A DNA stretch of 64,000 bases, taken from NCBI GenBank assembly GCA_025558095.1, contig JAIVFI010000007.1, positions 62,001-126,000 on the forward strand, given 5' to 3'. This stretch comes from Hyaloraphidium curvatum SAG 235-1 (lineage: Eukaryota > Fungi > Monoblepharomycota). Made by a program: the position numbers and the translations under genes. Below the pieces are notes generated by a model that was given only the letters and a program-made list of their open reading frames with translations, made no database searches and was not told the origin of the DNA. Of the stretch, positions 57,303 through 64,000 are shown one piece after another (within the stretch, counting starts at the first letter, position 1; every line of letters starts with the position of its first letter).

Positions 57303-58020
57303 ATGTCGAAGAAGGAGGCAGAAGATGCCAGGCGCCGTATGGAGCTCCTTGGCCTTGGGAACCCGGCCGTGGGCCTGCCTGGCGCGTTCCCCGAGGACGA
57401 CGAGGACCCGAGCTTCTCGCGCGTCACGTCGAAGATTCCGAAGGGCTACAAAACATGGTCCATCCCCTCCCGGACTTGGAGGCAAGCTCCATTTTCCTGC
57501 ACCACAGCGTGTACGTCCGTGAAGACGATGGCCACAAGGGTACCAACCTGTACCTTTTCACGCCCAAACCGGCGGCCTCTATCCCCGCGGACGACCAGCT
57601 CACAAAGGCCGCGATCAGGTGCGCGGTCGACGAGGCCAGGAGGCTCAACAAGAAAAGGCGCGTGTGGAGATGTGCCGCGTGCGGCAAGGCCGAGCCACCA
57701 ATGAGCGTCAAGAACACGAAGCAGCAGTACACCAGGCCCGGCGGTGGCTATCCCGACCAATAATTGAACTTGAATGGCCCGTGTGCGACGAATACAAGTG
57801 CTCGCGCGCCGTGGCCAAGATGCAAGAGAGGCAAATTAAGGAGGAAGTTGCGGAGCGAGAGGCCATGGGCGCCAAACCGGTCACGCCCGGTATCCTCTAC
57901 CGGTGCTTGGGCCCGGGGTGCACCAAGATGTTTGCCAGCCGCTCGGAACTGCAGCGCTGCAGCGGCTGCAAGAACGCAGACTACTGTTCGGTCGATTGCC
58001 AACGCGGAGCGTGGCCAGCG
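57303..58020 (+). pseudogene. MYND zinc-finger gene with two frameshifts and truncated MYND end
   Basis: CLGPGC..RCSGCKNADYCSVDCQRGAW. The frame is restored by adding 1 nt in homopolymer runs at about 57450 (A4) and about 57752 (C3). Final H-x3-C not found. Confidence 0.6.
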
Positions 58021-58974
58021 GAGTCTGGTCTCACTGATTCCAGGTCGCGCAGCGAATGGTCTCTGATTCCAGGTTGGTTGCTGGAAAGGGACCCGCGGTT
58101 GCCTCTAGGAGCCGACGTTCCCCCGCCGCTGTCCCCCGGGAAGCTTGCCGCGGAGCGGCCCGCGAGCGCTAGCGAGCCCCGCGGCAGCGGGCACGTAGCA
58201 GGCCGCCGCAGGCACGCACGTTCCCCGCCGCTACTTGCCATGTAGCGCGGAGCGGCTTGGCGAGCGCCAGCGAGCGCGGTGGGTCGGGAGGGGCGGAGCC
58301 CCGACCGAGAGGGGAGCAGGCACCAATAACTTTTCGCGGGCAGTTCTTTCCCCCGTGGACGGCCGCCGGCGGCGCGCTGGAAACGGACGTTGAGATGCAC
58401 AAGCATGCTTTTCCTGCAATAGAACCCGTTGGGTAATGCATGGGTAGTGAGATCCCCTTGCGGGGGGCTCGTGGTCCGGTGGTGGGCGGACCCGGGGTGG
58501 AGCGCGCGCCCAACACCCTGCCCAAAACCGGGGCTTCTGACCTCCTCGGCGGCTCCCGGAGGCGGCGGGCACCACCGCGGTGACGGCGCGCGCGTTCCGG
58601 TGGCGGCGGCGGCGCGGCGCGGCACCGGGAGAGGGCGTGGTGGGGGCCGCCCGGCGCGCTCCCCCGTCGGACCTCCCTCACGCCTTGCCCCCTCTGGCGC
58701 CCCTCCCGCTAAGGCACGGTCGACTGCGGTGGACTTGAACATGGCGGACGTGAAGGCGGAGGGCGGCGGGAGGGCTCCGGAGTGGTGGGAGCACGGCGGG
58801 CATGCCGGGACCGCGGTACCTTCTCACGCCCGACGCTCCCCGCGACAGGTTCGACATGCAGGAGGCATTTGGCGACAAGGAGCGCGAGGAGGACGTGTAC
58901 GACGATCTGCCTTATCTCGAGTACATCTCGGAGGAGGATAAGCAGGAGGGGGAGGCGGACGATGCGGGCGGCGA

Positions 58975-59161
58975 GGGCCGGGGGCATGACACGGGCGCCA
59001 CTCCCAAGGCCAAGGCCAGCGTTCGCCCCGTGCCCATCAAGGTCGCCATCCTGGCCGCTCTCCTCGGTCGTGTCGGCATCCAGGGCTGCATCTCGGACCC
59101 GCGGGCCGGGGCATGACACGGACGCCACTCCCAAGGCCGGCGTTCGCCCCGTACCCATCAA
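58975..59161 (+). repeat. Imperfect direct repeat of about 60 bp (58975-59040 and 59103-59161)
   Basis: gggccgggg(g)catgacacgg.cgccactcccaaggcc..gcgttcgccccgt.cccatcaa occurs twice. Confidence 0.85.
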
Positions 59162-59358
59162 CGACACCGCCGAAATAATGGGCTTGATCGACTGGACATG
59201 ACAGACAATGGGCAGCAAAGACTGTTGAGAATCAGCCACTATGTAATGCTATGCCAAATGACCATGCGTTCACTCAGACCCTCTCGTGCCACGGATCCAC
59301 GCGCAGCCCCATCCCCGCCCTGGTCGACAGCCACTCGCTAATCCCCGCCCGCCGCCGA

Positions 59359-60837
59359 TCAGACCGAGATCGCCGGCAGCTCCACGAACGACTCCCAGTG
59401 CCACAGCAGCACCTCCCTCGCCAGCTCCGGCGGCAGGTTCCCCAGGCTGTTGTTCTCCATCCACCTCGCCCACGCCTTGGCGCTGCGCACGTCCTCCGCG
59501 AACCCCTGGTACGCCAGCGGGCCCCGCGGCGCGCCCTCGGCAGGCGGCGGCCCGCGCACGGCGTCCATGACCGCGGGCACGTGGGGGTCCGCGCCGTAAA
59601 AGAGCGCCAGACGGACCAGGCCGCGCGCGCCGAGCAGAGGGCCCTGCTTCTTGACGGCTTCGACGATGAAGGCGAGGTCCGAGGAGGAGGCGCCCGAGTG
59701 GCCGCAGGCAAACGCCAGGCAGCGGAAGAGCTGCTTGCGCAGGAGCGGGCGCGGGTAGGTGGCCTTCCAGCTGATGTGGGGGCCGATGGAGATGACGTAC
59801 GAGACGAGGTTGGCGTCCTTGCTCAGAAAATCGTTGGCGACGAGGTAGCGGAAGAAGGCCACGTCCTTAAAGTAGAGCTTGGCGCGCGGGAGGTACTTGA
59901 CGACCACGGCGTTACGCTCGGCGGCCGGCACGACGTGATGGAGAAAGCGGAGAAAGGCCATCGAGAACCGGAACTGCAACAGGTTTAGGGGTAGGAAGTC
60001 AGGAAACACATGCGGAAACAAAAGTCCACCACCCACGTTGTTGTCACGGAACGAATTGCGCTCGAAATGCGGAAACAGCGCGTCGAAGAGCGTGCTGGGG
60101 TTGGCAATCTGGGTGCTCTCCAGGATGGTCTCGAAGCAGCCCGGGCTGCCGTACAGCGCGGCGTGCCGCAGCGGCGTCTTGGAGAACACCGGCTGCTTCT
60201 CCGGCACCTGGCGGAACGGGCCCGAACTGCGGCGCATAGCGTCGCGGCAGTAGTCCCTGACCATCCGAATGGCGGCCTCGGCCCTGGCGGCGCGCTCCTC
60301 GCGGCCGGCGGCCACGTACACCTTTGGCGCGTGCTCGATGGCGTCCAGGATGTAGCAGATGCCGCGGGCCACGAGCTTCTTGTGGCGCAGGCATTCTGCC
60401 AGCGTCATTGCCGGCAGCGCGGCCTCGGGCACGCCCTCCATGTCCTGCGCCCGCATGCCGGTGAAGATCGAGTCCGAGTGGTTCTCGAGCAGCCACGACA
60501 GCGTGCGGAGCGACGGGCCCATGCACGCGTGCGTCCACACCGACGCGGAGATCGAGCCGTCCAGCGCCAGCGACTTGTGGACCCAGAACTGCACGAACTC
60601 GAGGTTGTCCAGCAGCGCTGCGACGCCGTCGGGCGGGTGCGCGTCGAGCCGCAGCGTCTTGAGCACCGCCCAGCGGTTCGCGTCGGGCTGCAGCGCCATC
60701 AGCAGCTCGAGCTGCTCGGGCGTGTTGGTCAGCGCCGCCAGCAGCGCGGGGTGCGCCGGCGTCGGCGTCGAGCGCAGCGCGTTCTGGAACACCGCCGCGA
60801 GCTCGCGCACGCGGTGCGGCGCAGGCGGCGGCCCCAT
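59359..60837 (-). CDS. Ankyrin-like repeat protein with C-terminal F-box-like motif
   Basis: KTPLRHAALYGSPGCFETILES, LVRLALFYGADP; C-terminal LGNLPPELAREVLLWHW. Intronless. Confidence 0.65.
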   Translation of the reverse strand: MGPPPAPHRVRELAAVFQNALRSTPTPAHPALLAALTNTPEQLELLMALQPDANRWAVLKTLRLDAHPPDGVAALLDNLEFVQFWVHKSLALDGSISASVWTHACMGPSLRTLSWLLENHSDSIFTGMRAQDMEGVPEAALPAMTLAECLRHKKLVARGICYILDAIEHAPKVYVAAGREERAARAEAAIRMVRDYCRDAMRRSSGPFRQVPEKQPVFSKTPLRHAALYGSPGCFETILESTQIANPSTLFDALFPHFERNSFRDNNVGGGLLFPHVFPDFLPLNLLQFRFSMAFLRFLHHVVPAAERNAVVVKYLPRAKLYFKDVAFFRYLVANDFLSKDANLVSYVISIGPHISWKATYPRPLLRKQLFRCLAFACGHSGASSSDLAFIVEAVKKQGPLLGARGLVRLALFYGADPHVPAVMDAVRGPPPAEGAPRGPLAYQGFAEDVRSAKAWARWMENNSLGNLPPELAREVLLWHWESFVELPAISV

Positions 60838-61455
60838 GGCCGCGCGCGGATCCGTCCGAGGGACAAAATCGGCGAGATTTCGTGGCCGGGAGCTGCGGAG
60901 GCGGCGCGGGGAGCGGTGCTCGAAGAAAGGGGGATTGAGGTGATGGGACGCCCTCTCAACTTCTAGATCCTGGGATCGTCAAACCCACCAGGCGGACTGA
61001 CAAAGGAAAGGATGAGACCATCATCCGCACTTCATATGGTATTCTAGAAGCTGGATCCGTTGTCGCCGGGATTTCCTATCTTTTGGTCCCCCCCTCCCTT
61101 TTGGGTTTGAAAATGGTCAGTTCGCACGGCCTGCTCAGCGTGCCATCCTCGGAGCAAGGAGCATAGTCTATGAAACGCGGCACGCAGATTGCAATGTTCG
61201 GTTGGCCACTACAAAGCTCTAATTGATGCCCGATGAGGTCAAGCGGCGAAGGTGATAACGTGAGCGGGCTGCCCTCGCAGTCCCCCTTTAAATGGGGAAA
61301 TAGTGGCCGATTCTGGGGAGAAAGCAACATATAACCATGAGAGTCATGGCTAGCCTTGGGCCGCAGTGTTGCTATTGAGGAGCGACACCGTCCGCTGCTT
61401 CCGCAGTCGTTCGGGGACGCCCGCCCCCAACAACCAGCGGATCCCATCAACCGCC

Positions 61456-62957
61456 ATGGCCGCAGCAGAGGGTGTCCCGGGGTACGACCTCACCCGCATC
61501 TTTGCGAGCCTCCCGAAAACCTGCCTGGCGCGCGCCGGACGATGGTTCACGGAGCCGGAGGGCCGCGCGACGCTCGTCCGCCTGTCAAACCGCTACGGGG
61601 GAGCCGAGCTCGTTCACTCCCATCCCAATTGGACCCGCCCGCTTCCGTCGGAGCTCATTGAGACCATATTTTCCGGAAATCTGTTCAACGTCGGGCTTCA
61701 CCGCGTTCCGAAGGCCCTGCGGCGGGCAGTGCTCGCCAAGGTCGCCGACTTCCGCGCGGGCTACGCGGTGTTTCAGTGGCGCCGGAACGGGCTCGTCGTC
61801 GACCAGACCTGCAACCGATGCGGAAAGCGCCGCGAGGCCGCCGCATTCGCCATCGGCCGGGTTGTTTGCAACGAATGCTGGGAGTCAGGAGCTCAAGGAC
61901 CCTCCGGGTGGCACCTCCCGTTCCTCCCTCCGGAAATCTTCGAGGCCATCCTCAAATACGTCGATTTGGACGATTGGGTCACTGTACACACCTCGTTCGG
62001 CTTCGCTTCTCGGTTGTGGCGCAAGCGTGTCGAAGGGGTCGTCGAAGCGGCTCTGTCTGCGGCAAAGTAAGGTCGTCGGTGCTGCTTATGGGACTTACGA
62101 CAAGTTGCTCATTTCACCATTGCAGGTTTAGCCCGGACAGGCTCGCAATGGACCTGATGGTGCTCGAGGGCATGACGGGCAAAGCCGTTTCCGCGCAGCG
62201 CTTTCTCGACCTCGTCGGCATCACGAAGGAGTCGGACTTCCTGGCCTTTCTTACCGTCTACTTCTTCAAGTGCCAGCCCACCTTCAGCTGCCGACGCCTG
62301 GCCGAGTTCATCGCCGCCAACCGCGGCCGCACCTCCGTGGACAACATGCTGCAGCGAACCATCGACAGGGGCAGGAAGTTCGGGTTCATACTGGAAGGCC
62401 TCGCCGCCGTCCGCTTCTACGGGACCCTCATCTTCGAAGGAGCGTTCGAGGGCGACAGGTTCCACGACCCCGTGCGCCGTCTGGCCTACCGCCATCTCCT
62501 CGGTGCCGAAGCCTTCGCCGACAGGTGGTTCCAGCCCGATGGACCCGGCCTCCAGGCAATCATCGAAACCGTAAAGACCTCCTGGAACACCACCTTTGGG
62601 ATCGGCATCGACCTCGCCTACCGGGAAGCATGCTTCGTCAAGCACTGCCTCGTCAACGGGATGCACGCGCTGGCTATCCTGGAACCCGCTTGCGACGTCG
62701 AACGCGCTTTCACCGTGTGGGAGAAGCTCAAGAAGATCGTCAAGACCGCGCTCGAACAGTTTGGGGAGGGGGTGGACGTGGATCTGGTGGCAGTAGCATG
62801 CATGGACGTCCTGGAGGACTTCCTCTCGGGAGATTGGGCCGACTCGGAGTACCCCTACAAGTCGTCGGATTTCAATCAGCGCCCAGCAATGCAGGCCGCC
62901 GTGGCTGCCGGTGTTGGTTCGAAAAAGGCCGTCCCCAGGCCTCTGTGGGCCCGCTGA
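61456..62957 (+). CDS. F-box protein with upstream CxxC..CxxC zinc ribbon (intron 62067-62125)
   Basis: CNRC..CNEC, then LPFLPPEIFEAILKYV..ASRLWRKRVE. A GTAAGG..TTGCAG intron joins the two ORFs. Confidence 0.75.
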
Positions 62958-63198
62958 ACATCAACAGACGATCGAAAGCGCTTCCTGACCCGAAGCGGTG
63001 ATGGCCACCTCCGCTGCCTTGCCGTTCAAGATCTTTGGCAGCTGCTACACGGACTTGTCGACGAAACGGGGCCAGCCTATGTTCGGATTCAGCCCTGACT
63101 CGATTATGTATCACCGTTCTTGAGCTTGTTGAAGATATTCCTATTCTTTTGCGTAATGGTATGTACAAGAACGCAGCTGCGGCAAATCGATGGTCCGA

Positions 63199-64000
63199 TC
63201 ACTGCTCCTGAGGCTTTATGACCGCGCGACCGACGATCTTGCCGGCCTAGAAGGCAAGCGGAGCGCGAAGTTAACCACCGAAATGCGGCAACTACACAAC
63301 ACGACACGCACCCCGAGCTCCTTGAGGATCTCGTTCGCCTCCTCGAGCTTCCGCTTGCTGATCGGGATCGGGTCCAGCTTCCCGTCGCTGGCCAGCTTCG
63401 CCAGCTCCTGCAGCTCCCCCAGCGTCCCCGTCCCGTGCCCCTGCAGCGTCCATCCCATTACGAGCATGGTGACAGGGATCGTGGCGAGCCCGCCAAAGAG
63501 GCCGACGACGGTGAGGGTGGCCCCGCCGAGGCGGAGCATGGGTGCGGCGGCCTGGACCGAGGCGCCGGCGCCGACAAAGTCGATGATGCGGGCGAAACCG
63601 CCGCCGGGAGCTGCGTGTGCCGCGGCGATCGTTAGCCGGAAACGATGGTGAGGTGTGCATCACTACTCGCTGAAGGATTCGGCGGCGCGCCTTTGGAGCT
63701 CCTCGGGGTTCGATGCGTCGATTACCTCCCCCGCCCCAGCGTCCAGAGCCGCCTGTCTCTTCTTGGGGTCGATGTCCGCGACCGTGGGCTTGTAGTCGGG
63801 GAAGAGCGCCTTGACGATCCTGATGGCCTGCAAGCCCAGACCGCCGGCGCCGAATATGCACAGCCTGTTGTTCTCGTCGAACTTCTCCCCCGGCAGCCCC
63901 ACCAGCGACTTCTTGATGGCCCCGTAGGCAGTGAGCCCCGAGCACGCCAGCGTGCAGGCGAACTCCTCCGTGATCCCCGAGTAGGGCACGAGGTACTTGG
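63199..64000 (-). CDS. Zinc-dependent MDR alcohol dehydrogenase (3' part; runs off window end)
   Basis: LACSGLTAYGAIKK, IFGAGGLG, IIDFVG, VVGLFGG; last exon AGKIVGRAVIKPQEQ*. Confidence 0.9.

Noticed and set aside
58975-59161. CRISPR-like or LTR interpretation of the direct repeat
   Set aside because: Only two imperfect copies, eukaryotic context, no associated genes or TG..CA ends.
61076-61450. 124-aa ORF in a lower-GC intergenic region
   Set aside because: No recognisable motif and atypical codon usage; lies between two divergent genes.
1-64000. Numerous long Arg/Pro/Gly-rich overlapping ORFs (e.g. 1074-2537, 13400-15337, 31141-32997, 32546-34759, 38478-40319)
   Set aside because: Shadow or antisense frames expected at this GC content; each overlaps a better supported gene.

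Overview
Gene-dense, very GC-rich eukaryotic DNA with many short (about 50-80 nt) GT-AG introns and GCTGAC-type branch points. The style and gene content suggest an early-diverging (zoosporic) fungus, possibly a monoblepharid such as Hyaloraphidium; this is inference only. About 30 genes can be read. They include an RCC1-repeat secreted protein, two glycosyltransferase-like proteins, an HSL-family lipase, a TDT/SLAC1 transporter, an alcohol acetyltransferase-like enzyme, a bZIP factor, a single-chain BC-BCCP-CT acyl-CoA carboxylase with a PTS2-like signal, two tandem AMT ammonium transporters, a renalase-like oxidoreductase, an MDR alcohol dehydrogenase and about 8 F-box(-like) genes. Two things stand out. 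(1) Within 2.5-25 kb there are five intact paralogs plus one pseudogene fragment of a 7-TM family. Its C-terminus resembles insect gustatory/odorant receptor-like (GRL/7TMIC/DUF3537) channels, and it carries a family-specific H-x-CPC-x-C motif. (2) An intronless RNase III gene is built as (RNase III-dsRBD)x2, with one intact and one degenerate active site. No rRNA, tRNA or CRISPR was seen. Family assignments come from motif recognition by eye and were not checked against databases.
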